A stretch of 64,000 nucleotides of DNA from Octopus sinensis. Taxonomy: Eukaryota. The stretch covers positions 168,888,001 to 168,952,000 of the forward strand of contig NC_042999.1 in assembly GCF_006345805.1 (NCBI RefSeq), given 5' to 3'. Below, piece after piece: positions 1 through 13,812 of this stretch; the first letter of the stretch is position 1; each line of letters opens with the position of its first letter. Under the pieces are notes generated by a model. That model was not told the origin of the DNA and did not search any database. It was given only the letters and a program-made list of their open reading frames with translations. A program made the position numbers and the translations under genes.

Positions 1-1
1 C

Positions 2-1864
2 GCCCTGCAGTATCCCCTTCTTTTTCCGTATGGAGAAGACGGGTACCATTTCGGCATTCCTCACCACAAACCAAACGAGCCCTCGGCTGCGACATCTAAA
101 ACTGTTTCATGTATGGCTTTTTACTCATACCGCTTCATGACAAGGCATAATGATTTCAACCCCCTGCACAGATCACGGGAACTGTTTCACCAGTTGGCAG
201 TTGACATGGCTGCAAAGATGGAGTCCGAGAGACTGGGCTTCATCAAATTGAATCAGAAGCAGCTGCGCTCAGACTCCTACATCCATTTGCGTGATGGCAT
301 CAGGAATGACACTGACGCCCGCAATATCGGCAAAATGTGCATTCTCCCCTCAACCTATACAGGGGGCCCACGGTACATGCACGAGCGAACACAAGACGCT
401 ATGACTTACGTTCGGCATTATGGGCGACCCGATTTATTCATTACCTTTACATGTAACCCAAAGTGGTTTGAGGTAACGCGAGAACTTCTCCCAGAGCAGC
501 AGTACTGTCATCGCCATGATATTATTGCAAGGGTTTTCAGGCAGAAACTGGCTAAGCTCATTCATTTAATAAAAAAAGGGCAGGTTTTTGGGCCTGTTAA
601 CTGCCACATGTATACTGTTGAGTGGCAGAAAAGAGGGTTGCCACACGCGCACATTTTGCTTTGGTTGGTCAACAAAATAGACCCAACAGATTTTGATGAT
701 CTCATTGCAGCAGAAATTTCGGACCCAACTGTTGACCGGCAGCTGTACGACATTGTGAAGGCACACATGGTACACGGTCCGTGCGGTCCTGGTTTTCAAA
801 AGTTCTCCTCATGCCACAAAGACCACGTGTGCACTAAACGGTACCCAAAGAGGTTCGTGGACGAGACCCAGACCGGCCGCGACGAATACCCACTGTACAG
901 AAGAAGGCACCCTGACAATGGTGGATTCACTATAACGTTACGGGGTCATCAAGTGGATAATAGGTGGGTAGTGCCGTACTGTCCATTTCTGATGAAATCT
1001 TTTAATGCTCACATAAATGTGGAGTTCTGTCATTCAGTCAAGTCTATAAAGTATATATGTAAATATGTTAACAAGGGTTCTGACGCTGCCATGTTTGGCC
1101 TTCAAAAGGCCAATAGCATGGATGAGGTGTCACAGTACTTGGCAGGTCGGTACATAAGCAGTGGTGAAGCTTTTTGGCGGATATTCGGGTTTCCACTTCA
1201 CCAAAGGCACCCCGCCATCATACAACTAGCAGTTCATTTGGAAAATGGCCAACGAACTTACTTTACTGAACAGACTGATGCACAATTGGCGGCCAATCCA
1301 AAAGAAACAACTTTGACCGGTTTCTTTAGGCTTTGCCAACTTGACACATTTGCTAAAACACTTTTATACCCTCAGGTCCCGTCCTACTACGTGTGGTCAA
1401 ACAACAATTGGGTGCGTAGGAAGTCGGGTCAGGATGTTGAAGGACATCCTGGTGTCAAGTTTAACAGTTGTCTAGGAAGAGTCTACACTGTACCTCCAAA
1501 CCAACATGACTGTTTTCACCTGCGCCTTCTCCTCCATGAGGTTTTAGGCCCACAAAGTTTTCAAGACATCAGAACTGTTGATGGTGTATTATGTGATACT
1601 TTCCGCGAAGCCTGTTTTCGGCGTCGACTTTTGGAGGATGATTCACAATGGGGCGCCACTATGGCAGAAGGTGTTTCATTAAAATCTCCTAAAAAAATCA
1701 GATCGCTTTTCGCTATTCTACTACTATGGTGTGACTTGGCTGATCCCGCCTCTTTATGGCTTACCTACAAAGATGATATGGCTGAAGATTTCCTGCGTCA
1801 CGCTCAATCGCTACATCCATCAATGGAGGTCGGGTACACTGACCTCATTTACAACAGTCTATAA
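2..1864 (+). CDS. Helitron Rep (HUH rolling-circle initiator) region, 5'-incomplete at window edge
   Basis: Motifs PDLFITFTCNPKW, TVEWQKRGLPHAHILLW and KSIKYICKYVNKG. The frame is open upstream of the annotated M113 (ALQYPLLFPYGEDGY). Confidence 0.95.
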   Translation, partial: ALQYPLLFPYGEDGYHFGIPHHKPNEPSAATSKTVSCMAFYSYRFMTRHNDFNPLHRSRELFHQLAVDMAAKMESERLGFIKLNQKQLRSDSYIHLRDGIRNDTDARNIGKMCILPSTYTGGPRYMHERTQDAMTYVRHYGRPDLFITFTCNPKWFEVTRELLPEQQYCHRHDIIARVFRQKLAKLIHLIKKGQVFGPVNCHMYTVEWQKRGLPHAHILLWLVNKIDPTDFDDLIAAEISDPTVDRQLYDIVKAHMVHGPCGPGFQKFSSCHKDHVCTKRYPKRFVDETQTGRDEYPLYRRRHPDNGGFTITLRGHQVDNRWVVPYCPFLMKSFNAHINVEFCHSVKSIKYICKYVNKGSDAAMFGLQKANSMDEVSQYLAGRYISSGEAFWRIFGFPLHQRHPAIIQLAVHLENGQRTYFTEQTDAQLAANPKETTLTGFFRLCQLDTFAKTLLYPQVPSYYVWSNNNWVRRKSGQDVEGHPGVKFNSCLGRVYTVPPNQHDCFHLRLLLHEVLGPQSFQDIRTVDGVLCDTFREACFRRRLLEDDSQWGATMAEGVSLKSPKKIRSLFAILLLWCDLADPASLWLTYKDDMAEDFLRHAQSLHPSMEVGYTDLIYNSL

Positions 1865-2379
1865 GTCTATCGATACAACTCCTTGACCCAGAGGACGTCA
1901 TCAACTATCCAATAGAGGTACTCAATTCCGTTGAGCCCCCCGGACTACCACCACACATTCTCAAACTTAAAGTTGGTGCCCCTATAATGCTCATTAGAAA
2001 TTTGGTTCCCCCAAAACAATGTAATGGCACACGTTTGATCGTTAAGTCCTTATCTCCCAATCTGATTGAGGCCACCATTATCACAGGGTGCGGTCGAGGC
2101 AACGTTGTGCTCATACCTAGGATGCATCTTTTCCCATCAGGAGCAGGCCTACCTTTCATATTTCGGAGGTCCCAGGTCCCAGTAAGGCCATGTTTCGCAT
2201 TGTCAATTAACAAAGCGCAGGGTCAAACACTGTCTGTGGCGGGAATACATTTGGGAGAGCCATGTTTCTCTCATGGTCAGCTTTATGTTGGCTGCACGTG
2301 TGTCGGCAGCAACACTGATGCTTTCGCATTTGTTCCACAACGAAAAACAAAAAACATTGTGTACAAGGAGGTTTTATAG
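1859..2379 (+). pseudogene. Helitron PIF1-helicase C-terminal part, out of frame with Rep after an internal deletion
   Basis: YKSID...NYPIEVLNSVEPPGLPPHILKLKVGAPIMLIRNL...CNGTRL...FALSINKAQGQTL...PCFSHGQLYV...KNIVYKEVL*. Confidence 0.92.
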
Positions 2380-2757
2380 GATTACTACGTTTCATCATTT
2401 TCGAACACGTTAGTATTTCACTTACATACAACTTTCTTTTATGATGGCATTTACATTTTTAGGCGTTTCATGACATTAATTCACACTTAACCAACACCTG
2501 TCCTTCGCTCACCTCTATTTCTATCCATTCGTCATCAAACCACCAGCCTCCTCTTCTATATCCAACGTACATGACACATCTACCCCCTACATCTACACTC
2601 TCACTGTTAAAGTTTACATAAGCGACAACACGATCGCAACATACACTTTGGAAACTAAGCAACAGATCATTTTATACAACAACAAATTTAATCATAACGC
2701 CCATCAATGAAAACATCTCCACCACTGTGTTGTGATTCATCTAATCAGCACCACTAC

Positions 2758-2789
2758 AGCATATGACTACTGGCAGGATCAACCAGGTA
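2758..2789 (-). rRNA. First 32 nt of 18S rRNA (orphan fragment)
   Basis: Reverse complement TACCTGGTTGATCCTGCCAGTAGTCATATGCT is the canonical eukaryotic 18S 5' end. Confidence 0.93.
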
Positions 2790-3483
2790 TCACCGACGTA
2801 CGTTTCGAGAGAACGAAGCGCGCGGCGGCGGCGGCGGAAGCTCGGGAAGCAGCCGCCCGCCGCCGACGATCGGAAACGAGAACGAAAGGAATCGGAGGGG
2901 CCGAAAACAGGGGCGCGGGCGCTCGCGAGTTCGGCCGCCGTTCGTATACGCGCGCGCCAGCTCCTCGTCCCGGAGGAGGAGAAGAGGCGAAAACAACACG
3001 GGTCGACGCGCGAAGAAGCGTTCGCGATACAAAAAACGGTTTGCGATCCGACTGCCGCACACCGGGGCCGCTGCGGACGGGCTACGGTGCGGGTCGATTT
3101 GAAGTGGGGCCGGTTCCGGGCGGAAGAGGAGGAGAAGGCGAAGAAGGCCAGCGACTAGGTCGGCAGACGAGAGGGGCAGCGGCGATTGGCGCGGGCCCGC
3201 TGCAGCTTTTAGACTCGCCCGGCGCCCTACGCGTCGGTGGTCGTCGTCGCTTCCTCCACCTGATCCTTTCGAAACGGCTGCGACGAACTGCGTCCGGACT
3301 GCGGTCAACGAGCGAGTGCCATGACGGTGGTCGCCACGAAAACGACGCGCGCCAAGGCGGGGTGATGCCGGGAAGGGAAGAAAAGCTGCAGAAACGCTAC
3401 GAGGCAGCGAAACCCGGAGTTGAAGCCACGGTTCTGTCCAGGGAAGAAGGGACAGACACGGCACCGCTCTCTTTCGGAGTCTG
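2790..3483 (-). other. rDNA 5' external transcribed spacer fragment
   Basis: Very GC/CpG-rich ~700-bp block directly upstream (minus strand) of the 18S start, with sharp boundaries to AT-rich DNA. Confidence 0.8.
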
Positions 3484-3715
3484 ACTATTTATGTGAATTA
3501 TAATCATTACGTAAGTTTGGAAATACCCTGTTCTTCAATTCAGCTGGGGAATTCACCGTGATAGCAATATGAGCCAAACCGATATTACCATTCCCATCAA
3601 ATGGTACTTTCTCATTTCCTAATTGGAGGAGCTAGGTTGAAAAGTGCTTTGCACATTTGTCCCCATGTGATGAAGCTCGCACGTTAGTATTGAAGGAAAA
3701 TTTCAGTAATTTATT
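3484..3715 (-). pseudogene. Helitron PIF1-helicase middle fragment, inverted relative to the first Helitron
   Basis: Minus-strand translation FSFNTNVRASSHGDKCAKHFST*LLQLGNEKVPFDGNGNIGLAHIAITVNSPAELKNRVFPNLRNDYNSHK resembles the L..NMR...FS..LL.IG.G...VFP.L segment. Confidence 0.75.
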
Positions 3716-3729
3716 CTATATACGCATGT

Positions 3730-4053
3730 GAAGGCGCATGGCTTAGTGGTTAGAGCATTCGGCTGACGATTGTAAGGTCGTGAGTTCGATTCCCGGCGAT
3801 GCGTTGTGTCCTTGAGCAAGACACTTTATTTCACGTTGCTCCAGTCCACTCAGCTGGCAAAAGTTAGTTGTACCTGTATTTCAAAGGGCCGGCCTTGTCA
3901 CACTTTGTGTCACGCTGAATCTCCCTGAGAACTACGTTAAGGGTAATCGTGTCTGTGGAGTGCTCAGCCACTTGCACGTTAATTCCACGAGCAGGCTGTT
4001 CCGTTGATCGTATCAGCTGGGACCCTCGTCGTCGTAACCGACGGAGTGCTCCT
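3730..4053 (+). mobile_element. tRNA-derived SINE
   Basis: tRNA-like head with A/B boxes (GGCTTAGTGG, GAGTTCGATTCC), core GTTGTGTCCTTGAGCAAGACAC, ~10-bp TSD ATACGCATGT. Confidence 0.88.
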
Positions 4054-4452
4054 AAATACGCATGTATACATACATGTATATGTACTTATATACACGACCG
4101 GTTTAATTGCCCGTCTAAACTTCACGTGTTATATGGTCAAAGTACCACCACAGTGAATATAATGAAGTAAATATATAAATTTTTATATAAGGATAAGATC
4201 GTTCTTTAAAACAACAATCATATCAAGTGGCCAGCATGGGAATAAAAATCTCGTAGGTATAAATTATTATTAAAATAATAATTAAGGGTATATTTTTATA
4301 CAGAGCCAGAAATCCGGATCTGTGATTATCCAAAAATATTTAGCTAGTTTATTTGTCTATTTGTCTTTTCATGAATACATGAAGTGGTTTTAGAGTCAAA
4401 TTTTGACTGCTATCTCTAGCATGGTGGTATCTCTTAGATCACATATGTATAT

Positions 4453-4486
<34 letters not shown>

Positions 4487-4619
4487 CTATAAATATGTGT
4501 GTATATATGTGTGTGTGTGAGTGAGGTTATGTGTATTGAATCTTGGGAGAGTCATTCTCTTTTAGTGCCTAATTATTTAACACACTCACTGGTTCAATTT
4601 CCACTCATTTATTTATTTT

Positions 4620-6082
4620 TCTAAAACTTTTGTTGCATCTTACAACCTTTTCAAGAGTCATTGACTCTGTCTGTTATCGGAGCTGCGTTCTTTTTGTTTG
4701 TTCGTATGTGAGCATGCGTGTGCCTCAGTGTGCGTGCACATACGCATATGTATGTGTACATGTAAATGTGTATGCATGTGTGTGTGTGTGTGCGTTTATG
4801 CATGTATGCACGTTTGTATATATGTGTTCATGTTTGTGTTTGTGTGTGTGCATGTGTTTGTATGTGCGTGTGTGTGTATCTCTGTCTTTTTGTCTGTGCC
4901 TTTTTGAGTGTGTTTCTGTATGGGCTTGTGTGAATATGTATGTGCGTCTGTTATGTATAGATATGTGTCTCCATATGTGTCCTTGCATCTGAATGACAAT
5001 GCCATTTCTTTTCCCAGTGGTCACACTCGTTGTGTCAGCGACAATAATCTTTACACACTTCCATAAATTGTAATCATCTAAAACAGGTGTTATTTCTTTC
5101 ACAACAGTATCGGCTTTTCCGTTTAGTAATTGGAGTTCTTCTAAGTTAACTATTGGTTCTTTAAAACTAGTGCTTGGTATTCTTGATCATCAAAACATTT
5201 ACCATCAAAATGCAATGACCAGTTTTCTAAATGTAGTGTTTTCTTTATTTTCTTTTTTAGTTTAACAGCTGTAAATACCAGATTGATTCCATCCTGATAA
5301 AGTCGACAAACTGTTGCTGCTTTGGGGTTGATAGCTTGGAAGATATTACTAACTTGGTTGCAATTCTAGTTTTGTTATACTTCCTCGTTGTTTGTGAGGA
5401 TTTTTCATCTAATTTTTCGGACTCTGGATATTCACTTTCAGTTTCTGCTTCAGATGTTGACGATGACACTGGAGTTGCTCTGGTTGAAGTTGCCATTGAG
5501 GTCACTTTTCTTCTTTTGGATGGATGGATAGTTTTGGAGCTGGCTGTCTTTCCAGTTGTATATCTAACCTGTCCCTTGCTTTCAAATTGAAGATGATATA
5601 ACCATCTATCATCACAGCCATTCACCATTTTCCTTTGTGATGTCAAAAATTCCTTTCAAGGAATCACATTTTCCTCATTTTACACATTTATTGCAGGAAT
5701 TCAGCATTTTTCTGCTTGTACGTTTTGAATTGATAAATATGGGAAATTTAATTTCTTTTCCCATAAAATATTACATCTTTCAAAATTTCCTTTGTTCTTT
5801 TTTCCTTTTTTTTCTTTGTTTCTTTCAGTGACACAAGCACTTCTCTGATAAGAGATCATTTTAGATACTCTAGTTGGAAAAGCCTACTATTCTGAAAAAT
5901 AGTTAATATAATCACGTTTTCAGCGTCATAGAAATAAAAAGGCGAGGAAGTGGATATTTCAGGAAGTAGGGCCTAAGTGGTAACAAATTATAAACTCTAT
6001 AACTCCTAAACTACTTAAAACTGAAAACTGAAATTTGAGATATACTACTTCTGCATTGCATTAAGTCATCACACCAAATTTG
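4620..6082 (-). mobile_element. Degraded DNA transposon, probably hAT-like, internally deleted and split by a (TG)-rich tract
   Basis: Minus-strand peptide LDDYNLWKCVKIIVADTTSVTTGKRNGIV (4985-5102), a second peptide block at 5257-5646, and a terminal block repeated at 7051-7315. The superfamily call is inference. Confidence 0.5.
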
Positions 6083-6084
6083 CA

Positions 6085-6440
6085 TACTTTTCCTCAACAA
6101 AAATTATGCAATGGTACAACACTAATTGTGCACAAATTTATGAGGAACTGCAGTGAGGCAAATATTTTTGCCTCTGGTTGTGATAAAGGTGAGGCCGTCT
6201 TTGTTCCTTACATACCAGTTATACCATCTAATATCCCATTCCAATTTAAGCGGTTACAGTTTCCTATCACACTTTTTTTTGTCATGAGCATTAATAAAAG
6301 TTAGTGCCAAAAACTAAAAGTTGCTGGGTAGCAGCTTGAAGAACCATGCTTTTCACATGACGGACTTTATGTGGCTACGTACGAGCAAAAGCAAATCTAT
6401 TTGCTTATGCACAACAAAATTTATTTTTAATTGTTTATAA
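6085..6440 (+). pseudogene. Second, older Helitron PIF1 C-terminal fragment
   Basis: KLCNGTTLIV...IPFQFKRLQFPITLFFVMSINKS*...EEPCFSHDGLYVA, with stop codons. Confidence 0.85.
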
Positions 6441-7393
6441 AGAAATATTCACTCTTACTGCAACATGAATACTTCAATAAATTAATTTACCATTACTATC
6501 ATTACATTCAAGAACGATTAAATTACCTATTTAAATGTTTTTTCTCCTATGAAAATACACACAAACAATAGGAGCAAATTATATATATAATGATGCTTTG
6601 AATGTGGCTTCCGAGAAACACTAAAAGTAATTTAATTCTTCATTAGCCACTAGGGCCGACATAGAGGGACAATACAGGACAGACAAGAACAATAAGGGGA
6701 CTACAACAGGGTTGAATGGGTGGATGGAAGAACAAAAAGAAATAACAAGATAAAAATTAGACATGGTATAATGATTAGACAACGAATGTTGAGCGCGGAG
6801 ACCCCATAAGCCACGACCTATCACTGCTCTCGCGCAGGAGACTACGCTAGTATGTTCAAGATAGGAAATTCTATTACTTTTGCAATAAAAAATGTTGCTT
6901 CTTTTGAAATTTCCTTCTTTCTTTCCTTCCTTTGATGATACCTCCAAATAACAGGTAGCGACCGACAATTTGAAATTGTTTTCCAAAGAATGCTCTTCTT
7001 TTCCTATATGAGTCTTGACATAGCACAAGATTCTTCGTCCAGATTTTTTGTTTCTTTGAGTGACACAAGCACTTCTCTTATGAAACATTATTTTAGATAC
7101 TCTAGTTGGATAAGTCTACTATTGTGAAAAACAGTTAATATATTCAGAGTTTTTAGCGTCACAGAAATAAAAAGGAGAGGAAGAGGATATTTCCTAAAGT
7201 GGGGTTTAAGTGGTAACAAATGAAAAACTCTATAACTCGTAAACTACTCAAACTTGAAAGCTGAAATTTGAGATATACTGCTTCTGCATTGTATTTAGTC
7301 AACTCGCCAAGTTTGGTACAAACTTGAGTTGGCATTATGAATCGCCCTAGAATTTTGCATGATTTGAGTCAAAAGTGGTGTTAGATTTCTTCA

Positions 7394-7448
<55 letters not shown>

Positions 7449-7873
7449 ATTGCAAACAATGAAATGAAATAAACATGAAATGAAAAAACTGTATAAATAA
7501 GGTGCGTTAAAAACTAACATGTACTGAATATCTAAATTTGTGAATTAGTAAATATTTCTTTCAGTAATTTATCGTAGTTGTTTGCCAATAGCGAATTAAG
7601 ACTTGAAGTGAAAACATTAAAATAGAGAGTGAGAGATTTCGCAAAAGAAAACGGAAAATTTCACCGTTGCTACGTCAATACCGGAAGTTTATTTTGCGAA
7701 ACCTTTTAAAGAAGAGAATCATATATATAAAGCAATATTATTTATTTTTAAATAAAAAATAAACTGGAGAGCCTATTATGTATCTGATGTCGAATTATCC
7801 ATGCATCCCAAGTATGGAAGCAGTTCACGTGGATAGCGAATACACACACACACAGATCTATTTCATTGTGTGT

Positions 7874-7925
<52 letters not shown>

Positions 7926-8565
7926 ATGTATAACCAAATGCCGTAACGTATACTGAATTGAAAAACGAACGGGAGACAGACAGAAGGTCCGTAATTCTTC
8001 ATCAGTTATCGACCAATTATTAATATTCAGTTTCGTACCTTTAACAACATGACTGAGTGCTTCCCAATTGGCGGTGCCCACAAAAAATGGTTTTCTTGAG
8101 GAGAATTAAGGAGAAGAGCAAAGAAAACAAAATAAAACAAGCAAAACGACGCAGAGTGTGATTTGGGACAGTGGATGAGGGCAAACAGTCGAGCAAAATA
8201 GGGCCTTGCGGCCAAGAAGGCGAGAACTGTGGGTAACGCTAAGAAAATGTCTTGAAGAAATGGAGAAACAGAATTAGCGACTGGTCAGGTACGCGAAAAG
8301 CGTAAGAAAGGAAGAAAAGGGGAACGGGCAGAGAAGAGAGATAGTAGGGAGAGGGAGCGACAGAGAGAAATTAAAAAGGGATGAAGGGCAAGAAGAAAGG
8401 CTAAGGGGAAGGTAGAAAAGGAATAAGTAGAAAGACTGGAATAGAAAAGAGAAGGTGAGAGAAAGAAAAGAGGAAAGAATGAAAGCAAGAGTCACAGGGT
8501 ATATAAAAAACTTGTTAATACAAATTTGGTGCGTGTGTTTCATTCCATTATTCGATTTTAAAATG

Positions 8566-8963
8566 TGACGTAGGAGTGGCTGTGTGGTAAGTAGCTTGCT
8601 AACCAACCACATGGTTCCGGGTTCAGTCCCACTGCGTGGCATCTTGGGCAAGTGTCTTCTGCTATAGCCCCGGGCCGACCAATGCCTTTGAGTGGATTTG
8701 GTAGACGGAAACTGAAAGAAGCCTGTCGTATATATGTATATATATATATGTTTGTGTGTCTGTGTTTGTCCCCCTAGCATTGCTTGACAACCGATGCTTG
8801 TGTGTTTACGTCCTCGTCACTTAGCGGTTCGGCAAAAGAGACCGATAGAATAAGTACTGGGCTTACAAAGAATAAGTCCCGGGGTCCGATTTGCTCGACT
8901 AAATGTGGTGCTCCAGCATGGCCGCAGTCAAATGACTGAAACAAGTAAAAGAGTAAAAGAGAG
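8566..8963 (+). mobile_element. SINE of the GGAGTGGCTGTGTGGTAAG family
   Basis: tRNA-like head, internal (TA/TG)n, 3' GTAAAAGA repeats. Related copies at 14236, 34360, 37845, 41834 and 50870. Confidence 0.88.
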
Positions 8964-9021
8964 TATACTGAATATGAAAACGAACGGGAGAAAAGCAGAA
9001 GTCTGTAATTCTTCATCAGTT

Positions 9022-9106
<85 letters not shown>

Positions 9107-9214
9107 TGTGTGTGTGTATATATATATGTGTATATGTGTATATATATTTTTTTTTTTCGATTAGATTTATTATTATTATTACTAATATTGTTGTTATACA
9201 TACATACAAGCATA

Positions 9215-10880
<1,666 letters not shown>

Positions 10881-10899
10881 TCATATATATATATATATA

Positions 10900-11306
10900 T
10901 ATTGTTGTATTTAGGAATGGTCATTTTGCCAGTTTAGCCAATAAAAACACACGCACTATATATTTGGTGTTAATTTGCTTCAGTTTTATTTATTTTTTAC
11001 ATTAATCTTAATCTTATTTCGGCCAGAGTTCTTTCGCCACACTTCTGTGACCTCATCAGTGGTCCTTTGCTTTCTTCTTTCTTATTTGTGTGTCTCTCCT
11101 TACTAACCGTCAGCCATTTTGTATTTCTATTGTATGTGTCTTCATTTGCGCATGCGTATATCTCTATGTGTGTCTATGTTTAGTTAGTGTGTGGGGGGAG
11201 TGCCTGTAATATTTGTATCTCCAGTTTATACACGTTCGTGTAATTTGTGTTTGTTTATTTTTATTTTGGTCATGTGTTTACACCTACTTATTATTATTAT
11301 TTTTTA

Positions 11307-11338
<32 letters not shown>

Positions 11339-13309
11339 TCTATGTTTGACTTTTGCTTTATGTCTGTACAAGTTGGCTCCAAGTCTCACCCAGAGACCTC
11401 AAGAGACAACAGGTTGGAAGTTCTGTGCCATATATTTGGGGTTTTTTTTTTTTTTTTGTGTTGTACTAGTGAATGTCTAATACATAAAAAAAAATTTTTT
11501 AAGTTTGTTTTAAACCTTGGGATTACATAGAGAGTATTTTGCGTAGGATATGAGCAGTTCCCATGAGCACTATCTTTTGAATTTCTGCCATTGTGGGGTT
11601 TCCTGGTATCTGAGTTAGGTAGCAATCAGTCCCTTTCGCTATCATTCCCAGAGCACCTATGACAACAGGTATTGTTTTAGTCTTCAGCTTCCACATTTTG
11701 CTGATTTCTATTTCAAGATCTTTATATTTGCTCAGTTTTTGGTAGGTCTTGACAGATACGTTTATATCGATTGAGACAGTCATATCAATGAGGAGGCATG
11801 TTCTTTGTCTGAAGTCTTTCAATATAATGTCTGGCCTATTTGCATCTATATTCCTGTCAGTTTGAATGGTGAAGTTCCAGAGGAGTGAGATGTGGTCATT
11901 TTCAAGCACAGGAGGTGGATTGTGTTCCCACCAGTTTTTTTCATGGGGTAAATCCAGGTTTTTGCAAATTACCCAGTGAATATATTGTGCAGCTCTATCA
12001 TGCCTACTGAGGTACTCTGTAGGCGCTAGAAGACTGCATTTGGAGACAACATGGTCAATGGTTTCATTTTGTTGTCGGCATACACAACATGTTGGGCTAC
12101 TGCCGTTCTTTAATATGTTGGCCTGGTAGTTTCTTGTTGGTAGGCATTGATCTTGAGCTGCTATGATAAACCCCTCTGTTTCAGATTTTAAGCCAGAGGC
12201 CATTAGCCATTGATGGGTCAGGGCTTTGTCAACATCTGCATTATTTGCTCTCTTTGGGTATTTGCCATAGAGAGGTTTTTCTTGCCATTTATCATTCAGA
12301 ATATCTAAGGCCGCAGATTTAGCACGGGTTTTCATGCGCTTAGCTTTTTCTGTGCCTGTTTCTTGTATGTCTATCTCTAATTCCGAAATTTGTTGTATTC
12401 GGAATTCACTTAGATATTCCTTTGCCTGTTTTGTGACTGAGTATGATGCTTTCTTGTTTTCTTGTTTTGAGACAAGTTTTAACATCCAATCCTCAGAGTT
12501 TTTCAGGTAGGTGCCTAGGCCAATTGTAGCAATCTTCATTGTTATTGCCAGTTGCAAAAGTCCACGGCCTCCCTCTTTTCTTGGCAGATAGAGTCGTTCT
12601 GTATCTGCCTTAGGGTGGTGCATTCTATGCATTGTCAACAGTTTCCTTATTTTTCTGTCGAGCTGACATATTTCAGTAATTGACCAGTTAACAATATTGA
12701 AACTGTAAGTCACGACTGGTATGGCTAATGCATTGATCGCTTCGATCCTGTTTCTTGCATTCAGCTCTGTCTTGAGTATTGCTCTCACTCTTCGATAGCA
12801 TTCTCTCCTGATCCTTTCCTTCATCTCTGAATGCCTTATTCCGTTCCCTTCAATTACCCCTAGGTACTTGTAGCTCTCCGCTGAGTCTAGTTCTTTTATG
12901 ACATTCTGTTGGTCAAGGTTAACGTTAGATGTTTCTGTCATTTTTCCTTTGATAAAAGTAGCCTTTGCACATTTATCGAGGCCGAATTGCATTCTGATGT
13001 CGTCACTGAATTGTTTGACTATCGCTAGTAAGCCCTTGAGTTGTTCGTCATTTTTTGCAAAAAGCTTTAAATCATCCATGTAAACGAGATGATTTATATT
13101 TTTATCAAACATTTTATACCCGTACTGCGCGTCATTGAGCAGCTTTGAGAGAGGTATTAAGGATAAACAAAAGAGGAGTGGTGACAGTGAGTCATCCTGG
13201 AAAATTCCACACGAAATTTTTACATCACTAGCATTTAGAGATTCATTGTCACTGTTCAGAGTTAGTGTGGTTCTCCATGATCTATTATTACTATTATTAT
13301 TATTATTAC

Positions 13310-13370
<61 letters not shown>

Positions 13371-13490
13371 GGTTGTATTTAGTTAAATTTTTTTTAATGT
13401 ATATAGTTATTTACTTCCATTTGTTTATTTATCTGTGTATTTTATTATTTTATTATGTTTTTAGTTTTGTTTATATTGTTACCATATATG
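10900..13490 (-). repeat. Minus-strand pLTR copy (10900-11337 plus 13290-13490) split by the R4/Dong insertion
   Basis: The two halves rejoined across (AAT)n match the uninterrupted arrangement ACAACC-(AAT)n-AAGTAGGTGTAAACACATGACC at 13910-13990. Confidence 0.75.
11338..13285 (-). mobile_element. 5'-truncated R4/Dong-clade LINE (RT, CCHC, restriction-like endonuclease)
   Basis: Open frame 13285 to 11523: GIFQDDSLSPLLF, YMDDLKLF, CCVCRQQNETIDHVVSKC, RPDIILKD...LIDMTV, KLSKY, IPVVIGALG. Flanked on both sides by (TAA)n. Confidence 0.92.
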
Positions 13491-13496
13491 CAGTAA

Positions 13497-13812
13497 CAAG
13501 ACAACGACGTACGTAGGGAAAACGGCACGGAGCATAGGAGAGCGGGTAAATGAGCATTGGAGAGAACTTAAGGAAGAGAAGAGCTCATTGGTTCTGTACC
13601 AGCACGCCGAGCAGGAACACGGGGGATCAATCAACAACATAGAAGTTAAAATATTGTCCACACATAGAACAGACGCCACAATTAGACAAATTACGGAAGC
13701 TACACACATAATACAAGATAAACCTAGCCTGAATAGGAAACTGGAATGGAACACTAGCACATACCCCAACACACATCACACCACAGCATATGACAGAATA
13801 AGATCCCCATAA
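13497..13812 (+). pseudogene. GIY-YIG endonuclease fragment of a Penelope-like element
   Basis: TYVGKTARSIGERVNEH...LYQHAEQEH...RQITEATHIIQDKPSLNRKLEW, flanked by inverted pLTR arms (13290-13490 and 13813-14150). Confidence 0.85.

Noticed and set aside
2795-2806. GAAA-CGTACG-TC on the minus strand just before the 18S start, identical to half of the 37146 hammerhead
   Set aside because: No CTGANGA with a matching stem I was found upstream in the ETS; treated as coincidence.
2732-3484. GC-rich ORFs of 93-250 aa
   Set aside because: Stop-poor frames in rDNA spacer sequence with no protein motifs.
7945-9025. CTGATGA motifs (minus strand) in two related repeats near 8000 and 9012
   Set aside because: No GAAA-stem III-UH half follows; at most fully decayed ribozymes.
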